DNA from: Eledone cirrhosa
Lineage: Eukaryota
Reading direction: 5' to 3'
NCBI GenBank assembly: GCA_964016885.1
Contig: OZ024741.1
Location: forward strand, 166,098,001-166,162,000
DNA: 64,000 nucleotides
Shown here piece by piece: positions 1 through 17,062 of this stretch. Numbering within the stretch: the stretch's first letter is position 1; each line of letters starts with the position of its first letter. The notes beneath the pieces are model-generated. The model searched no databases. It had not been told where the DNA came from and saw nothing but the letters and a program-made list of their open reading frames with translations. Both the position numbers and the translations under genes were made by a program.

Positions 1-120
1 GAGCAACATGAAATAAAGTGTCTTGCCCAAGGACATATCAAATCATCCGGTCCGGGAATCGAACTCACAACCTCATGATTACGAATCCAATTCTCTAACC
101 ACTCAGACACGCGTCTCTAC
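1..120 (-). mobile_element. tRNA-derived SINE, 5' part (family 2), cut by window edge
   Basis: Reverse strand shows A-box-like CTGAGTGGTTAGAG and B-box GAGTTCGATTCC followed by CCTTGGGCAAGACACTTT; homologous copy at ~34505-34630. Confidence 0.75.
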
Positions 121-284
121 TACAGCAATATTAAAGATGAAAATAACTGCAATAATAAAAGTAATACCGAATGGGCAACGAAAGCAAACATTAGAATAAG
201 GTAAAATATAGAATATATAACTTAACCTACAAAAATCAAATGTATTTAGGTCAACGCTTATGAAGTGTGTATGTTTGTGTGACA

Positions 285-600
285 CAGAGGAGACTAAGGT
301 TAACTGGATATGCTTACCGATATGCAAAGTTGACACTGCACTCAGTATTCCTGTGGGAGCCCCTTCACGGACACACTGGAAGAGGGAGACCGAGCATGAC
401 ATATATTGATGCCCTATTGATGCCCACTGGTCTCTGGGAAACGCGGGACATAGCGGCGATGATGAAGGAGAGACCACTGGAGAGAACTCGTCCATGGATC
501 TCGGGAATTTTACCCGCCATATATATAGCAGTTGCAAGAGCGGGAGGGATCGTCCTGATGAGAACCAGTTCAGTTTGAAATCCATCGACGATTGACTCCC
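285..600 (+). mobile_element. RTE-clade LINE 3' fragment (decayed)
   Basis: Translation VFLWEPLHGHTGRGRPSMTYIDAL resembles the W..P.G...RGRP...YID C-terminal motif of RTE ORFs. Confidence 0.6.
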
Positions 601-799
601 CTTGCTTCTGCTGGACACCACCAGGTGGCGATAGCTGCCGTTGATTTTGCATCGTACGGCTTTCTAAATCTTTATTTATAAGCATACCGTATTTCTTTAG
701 AAATACGAAATTACAATACATCTGTATACAGCTATGCTCGAAGCTAAATTCTTATATATATTCTTTGCAAGGTTTCTTATCTGAAAACTTGTGTTATAT

Positions 800-1128
800 T
801 GTTATACTTTGGGAGGGTCATGCTGCCAATAAAAATACACGCACCTGTTGGTTTTCGCTTCAGTTTATTGTAAACTTCCAGTGGGTTAGTTAAATAATCG
901 GAAGGTTTATTTATTTATTGTCAAAGCTCTTTCTTCACACACTCTGTAACCTCCACAGTGGCTAATTTGTTATTTTGTGTCTCTCCTTTGTTCTGTCCTA
1001 CACCATATTGTTTTTGACATTTCACTACTAGGCCGTCATAAGAGCTACCCAAAATATCATAGCAGCTATTGACGGAGAAGTCAAATCTAAAACAGAACCC
1101 AATGTGTGTTGTCATAGTGGCTGTCACA
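800..1128 (-). mobile_element. Solo LTR (329 bp) with 4-bp TSD
   Basis: Termini TGTTA...TCACA (TG...CA), flanked by ATAT at 796-799 and 1129-1132; AATAAA signals on minus strand; first ~215 bp homologous to arms of 40674-41745. Confidence 0.7.
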
Positions 1129-1300
1129 ATATTGCAGCAATCAGTGGATAGCTATCAAGGTTGGCAGGAAAAATGCTAAAAATAGAGCACTTCACACACC
1201 ATGTAAGCAATCAACCGGACATATCACTTTTTCGGGAGCAAAATAAAATACGAGTTTAGATCAACATACAATGATTTTGACCTATATATGTATGTATATA

Positions 1301-1335
<35 letters not shown>

Positions 1336-1854
1336 GCGTGTGTGTGTGTGTGTGTGTTTGTATGTATGAGTGTATGTGTGTACGTGTGCACACATGTTTG
1401 TGTATCTATCGAAAGACATGACAAGACATATTAGAAAGAAGACCATACATCATTCGTCTACCATACAAGAACTATTGGTCCATTATAATTTGTCCGTTTA
1501 CTTACTGCTGCTGCCACAATTCACGGAGTTATAAAGCGTGATGAAGTTCCGAATATTCGTTCACCTGCTTAAATATATCTGATTCTGATTGGCAGATTTG
1601 AATTTTTATATAACGGTATGTTACACGCGAGACCTGACTGATTTTTAAAGTCAAATGTGATTCAGTTCCTTGATTTATGAATAGAAAATCAATGGTAAAT
1701 TTAATGTGGGTATACCTACAATGTCGAACGATACGTCTCGCTGTGAAAAGAGAGACAAATGCAAACACAAACTCATATATATATATTTATACATATGTAT
1801 ACAAACTTGTATATATATATATATATATGTGTGCGTGTATGTGTATGTGTGTGT

Positions 1855-1893
<39 letters not shown>

Positions 1894-2389
1894 TGTGTGT
1901 GTGTGTGTGTGTGTGCGAACTGAAACATTTTCTATTCCTGCGATATCTCATCTGAGGTTTGGAACGATGTTAGAGGGGGAATGGGGGCGCCGGACTAGAG
2001 AATTTTAATATTTTCAGTCAGGTTTCAAAATTTACTTAGTTTAATCCCAAACAACCGGTTCTTGTCCGTGTAACAAATCCACCCATTTTAAAGCATTCCT
2101 ATTTAAATATAAATCTTTCAATACGATTTTATATAAGAACCATCGCACCATCCTTAACAGCCGCCGCTGAAGTGACTTGAATAGGCAGATGTCACCATAC
2201 TGTTAAAGACGTATTGTTATTGAGTAGGTCATGTTTCTCTGGTGGGAAACCATTGCTTGTCCATCACTGCACTGAATGGCGAACCACTGTGGCAAGAATG
2301 ATGCACCGTAAACATGTGCAAGGGTTCTCTGTAGAAATCCCCTTGACCATCACCAGCGGTCTGGTGTCGCTTCTGGTGTGGTCTTTAAC

Positions 2390-2610
2390 CGTTTGACCCG
2401 GCAACACATTATCCAACAGTCAGTTCCCTTGTTCGATATTACTTGGAAGGGAGAGGGCCAATGTTGAGGACAAGAGGAGTTGGAGAAAGACAAGTGGCGC
2501 CACAACGCGAATTTCCTTTGTAACCACTGTGGTCGAGTCTGCCAACAACAAGCCTGCATTAGACCCTTTATAAATCAGCATTAGCGGAGCCAGGCTACAA
2601 TGATGATGTT
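2390..2610 (+). mobile_element. RTE/BovB-like LINE 3' fragment
   Basis: Frames give RANVEDKRSWRK and FLCNHCGRVC (C-terminal Zn-finger-like motif), ending in a short (TGA)n tail. Confidence 0.4.
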
Positions 2611-2644
2611 AAATTATTTACTATTTTAGTAATGGAATAATTAA

Positions 2645-2822
2645 TTCTTTCTACTTTAGGCGCAAGGCCAGCAATTACACAGTACATTACTGCTACTTTA
2701 TTTTATCGACCCCGTAAGGATGAAAGGCAAAGTTAACCTCGGCGGGATTTGAACTCAGATCATAAATGGCCGTAACTCTATGCTGTAAAGCATGACGTCC
2801 GACCCTCTACCGATACTGCCAA
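2645..2822 (-). mobile_element. tRNA-derived SINE (family 1, short form)
   Basis: Minus strand TGGCAGTATCGGTAGAG (A box), GAGTTCAAATCC (B box), core GCCTTTCATCCTTACGGGGTCGATAAAAT, tail GGCCTTGCGCCTAAAGTAGAAA. Confidence 0.85.
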
Positions 2823-3155
2823 ATAATTAATGACTCAAAATGTTCATGAATTAATTGTAATAGAAAGCATTACATTAGAACATGGTCAGGAAAGGGTAGC
2901 TTCAGACGTTGATCAGTATAAGTATGAAATAGGATATTACTGAAGTGTGTATAGATGGGGTCGTGGCAGTTATTGTTAATAATGAATGTGGAAGACTAGA
3001 AACGTAGACAAACTTGCGAGAATTGTTGTACACTCTCTACAGTTCAGTAAATATTTGAAATCATTGAATTTCAAATATTTAATAAAAATAGGATACAGTC
3101 ATATTCTGAACACGACACACACACACACACACACCTGCACATATACACAACACGC

Positions 3156-3219
<64 letters not shown>

Positions 3220-3226
3220 CTATGTA

Positions 3227-3286
<60 letters not shown>

Positions 3287-3290
<4 letters not shown>

Positions 3291-3401
3291 AAAAAGTATG
3301 ACCGCCGACGGCAGAGCTCAACCGTTTCGACGGCTATTTCTGGACTGAAATAGCCGTCGAAACGGCTTGAACTCTGCCGTCGGGGGTCATACTTTTTCCT
3401 A
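3287..3401. repeat. Foldback/hairpin element (~115 bp) next to (TA)n
   Basis: TAGGAAAAAGTATGACC...GACGGCTATTTC-TGGACT-GAAATAGCCGTC...GGTCATACTTTTTCCTA near-perfect inverted arms. Confidence 0.85.
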
Positions 3402-3524
3402 TTACCCACTCTACTACCCTAAGTATTGAGTACTCTGGTACGTTATGGTCCATCTGGTTCCTTACCACAACTCCTTCATTATATATATATATATATTATA
3501 TATATATACATATATATATATATA

Positions 3525-6995
<3,471 letters not shown>

Positions 6996-7064
6996 TCGTG
7001 TGTGTATATATATATATTTATATATATGTGTGTGTGTAGATATATATATATATATATATACACA

Positions 7065-7142
7065 CAGGGTGTCCCCCAAAATGTATATACACTTTTATTA
7101 GAATGCTATTGAAGTATGTATACATTTTTTGGGGACACCCTG
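7065..7142. mobile_element. Tc1/mariner-type MITE
   Basis: TIRs CAGGGTGTCCCCCAAAATGTATA / TATACATTTTTTGGGGACACCCTG; TA TSD not intact. Confidence 0.7.
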
Positions 7143-7209
7143 TCGAAACGGCCGGAGCTCAGCCGTCGGGCGTGGTCCTGATTCTCTTCATATATATATA
7201 TATATATAT

Positions 7210-8094
<885 letters not shown>

Positions 8095-8129
8095 AATATA
8101 TATATGTATATATATATATATATATATAA

Positions 8130-8160
<31 letters not shown>

Positions 8161-8172
8161 AATATATATATG

Positions 8173-8204
<32 letters not shown>

Positions 8205-8451
8205 TATATATATATATTGAAATCACATTATACAAATTGAGTTACCAAATTCAAATTGATAGAGCAACAAGTGAGTAGAGTTAGCGGTGCTACCAATCAA
8301 TTTTCGATTAGCTTATTCAGTATTAAAGACAGCCTCTTAGAAGTCCATGTTGTTGTTGTTGATCAATCTCGAATCGTTTTGGTATTTGATTTTATGAATT
8401 TCTGAGAAGTCAGAAGAAATAATCAACCGTTATAACTGATAGTGAGGTAAG

Positions 8452-9090
8452 GGCGGAAGATTTAGCAGAATCGTTAGAGCGTCGGGGAAAATGCTTTATT
8501 GTATTTAGTTACGGTTCTTAACCGTCTTAGTTCAAATCTGACTAGGTCAATTTTGCCTTTCATTCTTCCAGGATCGATAAACTATAGTACCGGTTAATTA
8601 CTGGATCGATTTAATCGGCTTATCCGACTCGCATTAAAAAAGAATTGCTGGCCTTCTGCCTAAATTAGAAACGTTTGGGAGTGTCGGTAGAGCGTCAGGC
8701 ACCATGCTTTGCGTCATAGAGTTATGGCCCCTTACGTTCTGAGTTCAAATCTCGCTGGGGTTAGCTTAGCCTTTCATCCTTACCGAGTCGATAAAATAAA
8801 GCACCAGTAATGCACTGGGGTCGATTTAATCGACTTTCCCCTCCCCCCAAATTTCTGGCCTTGTGCCTATAGTAGAAATCATTATTATACAGAGTTAAAG
8901 GCAGTGGATTGGCAGTATCGGTAGAGGGTCGGACGCCATGCTTTGAAGCATAGAGTTACCTCCCTGTATGATCTGAGTTCAAATCCCGCCGAGGTTAACT
9001 TAGCCTTTTATCCTTACGGGGTCGATAAAATAAAGTACCAGTAATGCACTGTGTATTTGCTGGCCTTGTGCCAAAAGTAGAAACAATTAT
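8452..9090 (+). mobile_element. Three tandem family-1 SINE copies
   Basis: Copies at ~8452-8672, ~8676-8885, ~8899-9090 with B box, GCCTT..ATCC..GATAAA core and GGCCTT(G/C)TGCC tail. Confidence 0.85.
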
Positions 9091-9304
9091 TTTACAGAGT
9101 TAATAATTTATAATTAAGTAAAACTTTATCCTGTTGTAGAGGTTTTGTATGAAAAACTTTGTTCTGTTACAGAAAGTTGACTGGTTGAATGGCGACTCTT
9201 CTTAATGTTAAGCCATTGTCAGAGATCTGGACAGCGTTTTCTGTATCACGGACATCAGAAATATGATAAGAAATATTATAAGAATTATAATATGATATAG
9301 TATA

Positions 9305-10172
9305 ATTGTTTCTACTTTAGGCACAAGGCCAGCAATCTGAAGGGAACGAGGGTAAGTCGATTGAATCGATTTCAGTGTATTACTGGTACTTTATTTTATC
9401 GACCTCCGCAAGGATGAAAGGCGGGATTTGAGCCCAGAACGTAAAGGGCCGTAACTCTATGCTACACATCATGTCCGGTGCCCTACTGCTACTGCCAATC
9501 CACCACAATAATATGATACCGTATATAATTGTTTCTACTTTAGGCACAAGGCCAGCAATTCACCAGTGCATTACTGGTACTTTATTTTATCGACCCCGTA
9601 AGGATGAAAGGCAAAGTTAACCTCGGCGGGATTTGAACTCAGAATGGCAAGGGCCGTAACTCTATGCGTCAAAGCTTGGCGTCCGACCCTCTACCGATAC
9701 TGCCATTATATAATGATTTCTGATTTAGGCACAAGTCCGGCCAACAATTTTGTGGAGTGGGGATAGTGGTTCAAATCGACCTTAGTGCATTACTGGTACT
9801 TTATTTTATCGACCCTGCAATGATAAAAGGCAAAGCTAACACAGGCGGGAATTGAACTCAGAACGTAAAGGGTCGTAACTCTATGCTGCACTGCATGTTA
9901 TCCGACGCTCTACTGATACTGCCAACCCACCGTCCTGATATGATATTGTATAATAATGGTTTCTATTATAGGCACAAGGCCAGTAATTTGGGGAGGGGAA
10001 AGGCGATTAAATCGACCCCAGTGCGTTATTGGTGCTTTATTTTATCGACCCCATAGGGATGAAAGGCAAAGTTAACCTTGGCAGGGTTTGAACTCAGACT
10101 GTAAAGGGTCGTAACTCTATGCTGCACAGCATGTTGTCGGACGTCCTAATGATACTGCCAATCCACCGCCCT
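9305..10172 (-). mobile_element. Four tandem family-1 SINE copies
   Basis: Copies at ~9305-9507, ~9527-9705, ~9715-9935, ~9957-10172, same motifs on minus strand. Confidence 0.85.
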
Positions 10173-10287
10173 AATATGATAGTGTATAATAATAAAACAA
10201 ACGTGTCTATTGATTGGAAAAAGACAAACCCTGTTGACAAACACGGTAAATAATACAAAGGTCAAACTTTTATAATTTTATTTGGGA

Positions 10288-10873
10288 CTAGCAGTGGTAC
10301 CCGGCGTTGCACGGGATAAGGTATTGTGAAATAGATAACCGCCTTATCTAAGCTTAGTATTGCCACAACCACGGCTGGCAAACAAGTAAGGGTCTGGTGG
10401 TACGTATGTAAGCAACACTGTGGCTTAAAACGTGAGGAAGAAGTTGTGTGCACTTACCAACTGTTTGGGGTATGAGTGTGAGATTTGTCTTAAGCAAGGG
10501 TGGCGGAATAACCGGAGGCAGCAGACAGCCAGATATACAGATATTATAATGGCGCGTTCTGGACGCAGAGCAAATTGTAGTAAGTGACATAATGCAGACA
10601 GCCAGACATACAGACAGATATTATAAGGGTGCAACGTTATATGTATGTATCTATCTAAAAATAGAAAGACTAAGAATTATAGAGAGAGATCGCTAAATCG
10701 CCTAATGCGGTCCCTAGGGCATTGAAAAATTGAATTTGTTTTTGCTCAGAACACTCCCTGAAACATAAGTATTACATGTGTAAAGTTTGAAAACAGTCGG
10801 TTGGGTGGTTCTCTAGTTTTAGGGATTCAAACTCACACACACGCACAGACATCGTCAGTTTTATATATATAGA
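10288..10873 (-). mobile_element. Non-autonomous Helitron
   Basis: Minus strand A|TCTATATATATAA start, 3' hairpin CCCGTGCAACGCCGGG then CTAG|T. Confidence 0.82.
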
Positions 10874-10927
10874 TAATTGTAATTAGTACAGTTTTCTGTC
10901 TCATTAGCCATTATTATTTGTTCCTTA

Positions 10928-11090
10928 TGGCGGTGGATTGGCAGTATCGGTAGAGGGTCGGACGCCATGCTTTGACGCATAGAGTTACGGCCCTTGCCTT
11001 TCTGAGTTCAAATCCCGCCGAGGTTAACTTTGCCTTTCATGTAATACACTGGGATAATTGCTGGCCTTGTGCCAAAAGTAGAAACAATTA
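10928..11090 (+). mobile_element. Family-1 SINE with internal deletion (extra tail at ~11195-11236)
   Basis: A/B boxes intact; core truncated after GCCTTTCAT. Confidence 0.8.
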
Positions 11091-11311
11091 TAATGTAAGT
11101 GACCAAGTATTTCACTGACACGTGTACCCATAACATAGTTCTTTAGGTGATGTGGCGTGACACAACAGTGTGTGACAAGTATGTTCCTTTGAATGACACT
11201 GGGTAATTGCTGGCCTTGTGCCAAAAGTAGAAACATTTGTTCCTGAACTCTGGGTAGTAAACAACAAAAAACAATAATAGTAATCTATTTATCTATCTAT
11301 CTACCCCCCTC

Positions 11312-11379
<68 letters not shown>

Positions 11380-11469
11380 ATATATTTTTCATTTTTCATT
11401 TTTTCATTTTTCATTTTTTATTTTTCATTCATATATAATTTTTCATTTTTACTTTTCATTCATATATAT

Positions 11470-11665
11470 TTTTATTTGTCTGACCCGAATTTTCTTGGTC
11501 GTATTTTCGGCTGTGCGAATGATTGTTTCAGCATCGTCTCAATGTGTTGGTATTAAACGTTAGTTATAGCTCTGGTTTATCCAAACTATTGAGCACTTTG
11601 CCACACATTTCGAAGATTGTGTTTCGTTATTTCGTGGGCCGAGGTTCCGATTCTCGATAATTTAT
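11470..11665 (+). repeat. Interspersed repeat (unclassified, possible retroelement 3' UTR)
   Basis: Reverse-complement homologs at ~14735-14850 and ~43020-43225. Confidence 0.6.
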
Positions 11666-11756
11666 TTGTATTTATATATATATATATATATATTAGAAAG
11701 TGAGGTTATTTTTACAAAATGAAAAAAGCCGGGGTGTCCTACACGAGTTAAAGTAT

Positions 11757-11874
11757 TAGGAAAAAAAGTGAAATCGAAAATGCAACTGGAGTCTTTTTTT
11801 TCTTTTAAATATATATTTATTTATTTAAAAAAAAAAGACACCAGTTGCATTTTCGATTTCATCTGTTTTTCTTA
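11757..11874. repeat. Hairpin element related to the arms at 7590-7627/7794-7835
   Basis: GAAATCGAAAATGCAACTGG...CCAGTTGCATTTTCGATTTC inverted arms. Confidence 0.8.
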
Positions 11875-11880
11875 TATATA

Positions 11881-12504
11881 TCTGTATATATATAAATCTG
11901 TAGTTTTCTGTATGTATGTGTATGTGTGACAATTTTTAATGACGGCTCATATATTCTAAACCATTCATGCGATCTCTTTGAAAATTTTTACAGAGCTTCT
12001 CCTTGCACAAAACATGTACATGATCTACAAAGGCTTTCAAAAATCGATATTGGGGCCTTTGGAGACATTAAACATTTTTTGGTTATTTGTGTGAATTTTC
12101 GTGATTAAGTAAGACAAGAGTTATCTATCGTAATCAAGAGTTATCTTTCGTAATTCGGCTCATTCGGATTTTAATTTACTCTTTGTACTTGAAACAAAGA
12201 GCCTAACAATATCATTTTGTATATTTCACAACCAGCAATTTCTAACAGATTACTAAGTTAAGTTATAGATTTGACATTGTATAATTTATCGTTTCAAGCT
12301 TGATGTTCATACATTAAGTGATGTCATAACCTTTACAATGTTATGCTTAGATTTATCTAAAATTATTTCGCTGGAATAGTGCCTAAGGTTTTCATGTTTA
12401 CATAAAGTACGTTTTTCTTCTATGTATTCAAATTTACTTTGTTTAGTTTAATGAGCTACATCGAAAGCTACTTGAACCGTCCAAAGGACGGGTAGTTTAG
12501 CTAG
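11881..12504 (+). mobile_element. Non-autonomous Helitron
   Basis: A|TC start, 3' hairpin CCGTCCAAAGGACGG, CTAG|T end; second copy inverted at 41891-42680. Confidence 0.85.
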
Positions 12505-12697
12505 TATATATATATCCATACATTACGACCAAAGAGGCCCGACGAGCCATTGATTACAGAGTCGGGCTAGATCGATACAGATCGAACCTTGAGCTGATCA
12601 ATGCGCGTCTCCAACCATTAAACGTAATGAAGGAGTAACCACGCGTGCTTGTTTTATTTTATAACATATATATATATACACACACACACACATACAT

Positions 12698-12736
<39 letters not shown>

Positions 12737-12739
<3 letters not shown>

Positions 12740-14716
12740 AAACCCCACCACTTGTTGTCACCATACCCCTAACCTCCCCCTCTCCGCACTTGAGCGCTCA
12801 CTCCTCAGTAGAGGCCTTCGCTTCATACCCCACACTCCGCACAGCGACGAGTTCCGCACCCGAACGGAAGTCGAGTGATTCGTGCGACGCACGAAGCTAC
12901 AGGCACTTTTCGGTCAAACGCCACCGGCTCCGAACGCCCCAGAGCCGTTTCTCGCCCTGGGCCGACGACCAACATCTTGGACGCATCTTGGCAATTTAGC
13001 ACCCTGGACGCGTTCGTCGATGCCAGCCGTAGCGCAGTAAATCGCTTCGACTTCCGCCACCGGTCCCAACGGAATAACATCTCACGGGGCGAACTGCTCG
13101 CTCTCCGCTCCCTCCGTAGCCGAGATGACATCGTCATCAGACCGGCGGACAAGGGAGGCGCCGTGGTGGTGTGGCGCGCTGACCTCTACCGCCTTCTACC
13201 CTCCGATCCCACACCCCTCTACCAACAACATGTTTCCTCCACCATCCAACACCTTGTCTCCTCCTCCCTCCTCCCCTCCTCCCCTCCCCCCACCGCTTCC
13301 CACCTCATCGTCCGCACCCCCCGCACCCCCACTATCTACTTCCTCCCCAAACTCCACAAACCCGACAACCGCGGCCGCCCCATCGTCTCCGCTTGCAACT
13401 AGCCCACCGAACTCATCTCCGCCTTTCTTGACTCTATCCTCCCCCCCCCCTTGTCACCACCCTCCCCTCTCACATCTCCGACACCAACCACGCCCTTCGC
13501 CTATTCGACTCCTTCACCTTCCCACCCGGCCCACAGCCCTTCCTCTTCACCCTAGATATCAAGTCGCTCTATACAGTCATCCCCCACGCCGACGGCCTAC
13601 GTGCCCTCAAGCACTACCTCGACCTTCGCCCCTCCCACATCCCCTCCACCCCCACCCTCCTTCGACTCACCGAGCTGGTCCTAACCCTCAACTGTTTCTC
13701 CTTTTCGGGTGAGTTTTACCAACAGGTCACGGGGGTAACCATGGGTACAAGAATGGGCCCAAACTATGCCAACCTTTTTGTTGGCCATGTTGAGGCCCAA
13801 ATCTTTGCCCAGTACACCGGCCCCACGCCCGAACTGTACGGTCGTTACATCGACGACTGTATCGGAGCCACGACCCTCACCCGAGAACAGCTCGACTCCT
13901 TTCTCTCCTTCTTCTGCTCCTTCCACCCCTCCCTCCACTTCACCAGATCTATCTCCACCACCCACATCCACTTCTTAGACATCTCCGTCGCCTTCGACCC
14001 CTCCCACTACTCTCTCGTCACCTCCGCCTTCTTCAAACCCACCGACTCCCACTCCTACCTCGACTTCACCTCTTCCCACCCTACAAACACTGCCAACTCC
14101 TCAGGATCCGCAGCCTCTGTAGCCGAGATGCTGACTTTGAGTCCCAGGCCCTTTCCCTAGTCAGCCATTTCATCCGCAGAGGTCCCCCCCCCTCTCGTCC
14201 ACACCGCTCTCACCTGCGCCCGTGCTGTCCACCGCTCCACCACCCTCACCCCACGCCACCGCACACCCACCAAGCGTCTCCCCTTCCCCATAACCTACCA
14301 CCCTTCCATCCTACCCCTCCACCGCACCATCCCCCGCCTCTTCCGACGCCTCCAGTCCGACCCCTCCACCTCCCACATCTTCCCAGCACCACCACTCCCC
14401 TCCTTCAAACGCGCACGCAATCTCCGCACCCTCTTCGTCCGCAGCTCCCTACCGCCCAACTCACGCTCTCCCCCCCCCGGTTCCCTTCCCTGTTCCAGGC
14501 CTCATTGCAACACCTGTCCACACATCACCAACACCACCACCTTCCAGGGTCCCAACGGCCACTCTCTTTCTGTCCGGCATGCCTTCCGCTGCACCTCCTC
14601 CTACCTAGTCTATGGACTTCGCTGCACGGAGTGCAGCTCAACCTACGTCGGACAGACTGGACGACGCCTGGCGGACCGTTTTACCGAACACCTCCGAGAT
14701 ATTCGTCTCGGCGGTA
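12737..14716 (+). pseudogene. Penelope-like element (Neptune-type) RT + GIY-YIG endonuclease, frameshifted
   Basis: LERSLLSRGLRFIP, IVIRPADKGGAVVVW, GRPIVS, MGTRMGPNYANLF, YGRYIDD, CSRPHCNTC, LVYGLRCTECSSTYVGQTGRRLADRFTEH across frames; starts at edge of (TA)n. Confidence 0.9.
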
Positions 14717-15176
14717 GTCCCCCATCCCCCATAGTGGACTAGAGCTACAATATAAGTTAAAAGGCCAAACACACCGAGACGATGGTTAAACCATTATCCG
14801 CACAGCCATAGAAACGACCAAGTAATTCGGGTCAAACAAATAAAATATGATTGAAAATTATAACCGGACCCCTGGAAGGTTGGTAAAATCCAGCATTTGG
14901 GTTTCTGAAACTCCTAAATCAAGTACTGTCTGCTTAGACAAATAATGTTAAGCTTTTGGTAAGATGATCGAACAAGGAAGTCACTTTCTCAACAGGCTTT
15001 TAGTTCAAGTGCCAAGCGAAGGACTGACCGTTATCAAAACTCACGTGGGGGATCGACAAGGCGGGAAACCCTTAGTTTTGGCGGATGAATTCAGTATGTG
15101 TGTTATTATTGCAAAATTGCAAAATATCACAAAACGAATTAAGTTCTCAACAGAATGGTTTTAAAATTAACAAAAG

Positions 15177-15208
<32 letters not shown>

Positions 15209-16240
15209 TTCTCTGTTTATCTGTCTGTGTGTATGTATGCGCGTGGACATGGAAATATTTGTTTGGTGTCTATTTGAAGGCGAGTCTCTGTTCAACTTAG
15301 TACAACTAAGTGAAAATTCCTAGGTATCAAAATTCACTGTTCGGGGTTTTTTGTATACTAACTGTATAGCAGTAATTGTTTACAGTAAGTCAGCCCTGGA
15401 ATAAATTATGGTTAAACTTTCTGTCGCATACAAAGTCTTTTTATTAGAGATCAGCATAAAGAAGACAGCTTTTCTGATCCTTTTCACATCTCAGACAGAT
15501 TCCCATTAGTAACAAGCAATAAGTTTTTATATTTGAGCTCAAATGTTACATCATTCATGTTTTAAAATGAAAACCAAAATTAATGATATGCACCCTCATT
15601 ATTTGGAAAATTTACTGAAATTTTATTCAACACGCTGACGCGTATGTGTATATGCATATGCATACATTTATATGTATGAGTATATAAATATAAACGTGCA
15701 AACACTGACCACTTACAAAAATACATTCACACAAGCACATACACAGCATAACAAATGGAACGCCAGCCACTATTTTGTTATAGCTTTTTCACCATCCCCT
15801 TCCTTCCTTTCACACACATACATTTGCGCAGGCAACACACGTAAAGAGTGCGGAATAGTATGAGGTAATGAAACTACTCCTCTCTCTCTTGACGTGTTGT
15901 GACAGAATCACAGAAATGTATATATTGAAGGGCACGGAAGAACGAACAGCTCAATGCAAAGACAAAGAATCTGAGACATGTCATCAGTACATTGGTCTAT
16001 GATTCTGTATCATGGACTATTTATTCAAGACTCAAGTAATAACCGATTTGTCTCCATCCAACACACATTCACTCACACACACACATATATATTCACTTTT
16101 CTAAAAGATATATCATTAACAAAACATCAGCACTAACAGTTTTCCAAGAGATAGCAACATGAATGGAGCTGTTATTTTTCTCTAAAAACATTTTTTCCAA
16201 TTCCACCCCGCCTGTCCCTTCAATCTTTCTAATTTCTCAT

Positions 16241-16285
16241 TCTTTCTTCTGATGAAGGACTAGCGTCCGAAACGTTAATACCCTC
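16241..16285 (+). ncRNA. Minimal hammerhead motif (Penelope pLTR type)
   Basis: CTGATGA-A-GGAC-TAGC-GTCC-GAAAC-GTT with palindromic AACGTT stem III; stem I weak. Confidence 0.6.
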
Positions 16286-16370
16286 TTCCTGCTATTTCAA
16301 GTCTTAAACTAATATATTCCTTCCATATACTGTACCGATTGTGTTGTTATTTCTGTTTACCTTTTACACA

Positions 16371-16428
<58 letters not shown>

Positions 16429-16431
<3 letters not shown>

Positions 16432-16719
16432 GTAGAACACTGGAAGGTAATATCCGTAGTGGTAGAGCACTCAGTCCATGGGACGAGTTAGGTAGAATAT
16501 ATATATATATAAGTGGTTACAGAACAGTTAGTTCACCATACTGAGAACAATTGTTTCACCTTAGCGGATCCTCAGCTGAGGATCCGCTAAGGTGAAACAA
16601 TTGTTCTCAGTATGGTGAACTAACTGTTCTGTAACCACTTATATATATATATATTCTACCTAACTCGTCCCATGGACTGAGTGCTCTACCACTACGGATA
16701 TTACCTTCCAGTGTTCTAC

Positions 16720-16722
<3 letters not shown>
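16429..16722. repeat. Perfect spacer-less palindrome (294 bp unique, ~400 bp with TA flanks) carrying two inverted hammerhead-like cores
   Basis: Centre CAG|CTG at 16575/16576; six-frame track gives the same peptide on both strands; CTGAGGA-TCCGCTAAGGT-GAAACAATTGTT on each strand. Confidence 0.92.
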
Positions 16723-16813
<91 letters not shown>

Positions 16814-17012
16814 GTATATATATATAAATAAATGTATATATATATAAATAAATGTATATATATATAAATAAATGTATATAAATGTAATCTGAGTGTTTCG
16901 AATATTAATAATAACATTCGATTCGTTTGCAATTATGCAAAAACGCCTCATTTTTAAAGCCATGTCAGTAGAATGAACCATTCATTCTTGCTCTTGTGTT
17001 GGCATGTAAACA

Positions 17013-17062
17013 GAACTGCAGACACTAATGTTTCTGGGTACTACCCTTCATCAGTACAGTTC
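17013..17062 (-). ncRNA. Canonical type I hammerhead ribozyme
   Basis: GAACTGTA-CTGATGA-AGGGTAGTACCCA-GAAACATTAGTGTC-TGCAGTTC: 8-bp stem I, GGGT/ACCC stem II, ACA/TGT stem III, GUC triplet. Confidence 0.8.

Noticed and set aside
8899-9000. tRNA genes
   Set aside because: A/B boxes belong to SINE heads; no cloverleaf, and they continue into SINE body
12535-12570. Possible hammerhead upstream of the Neptune element
   Set aside because: CCGACGA without GAAA; too degenerate
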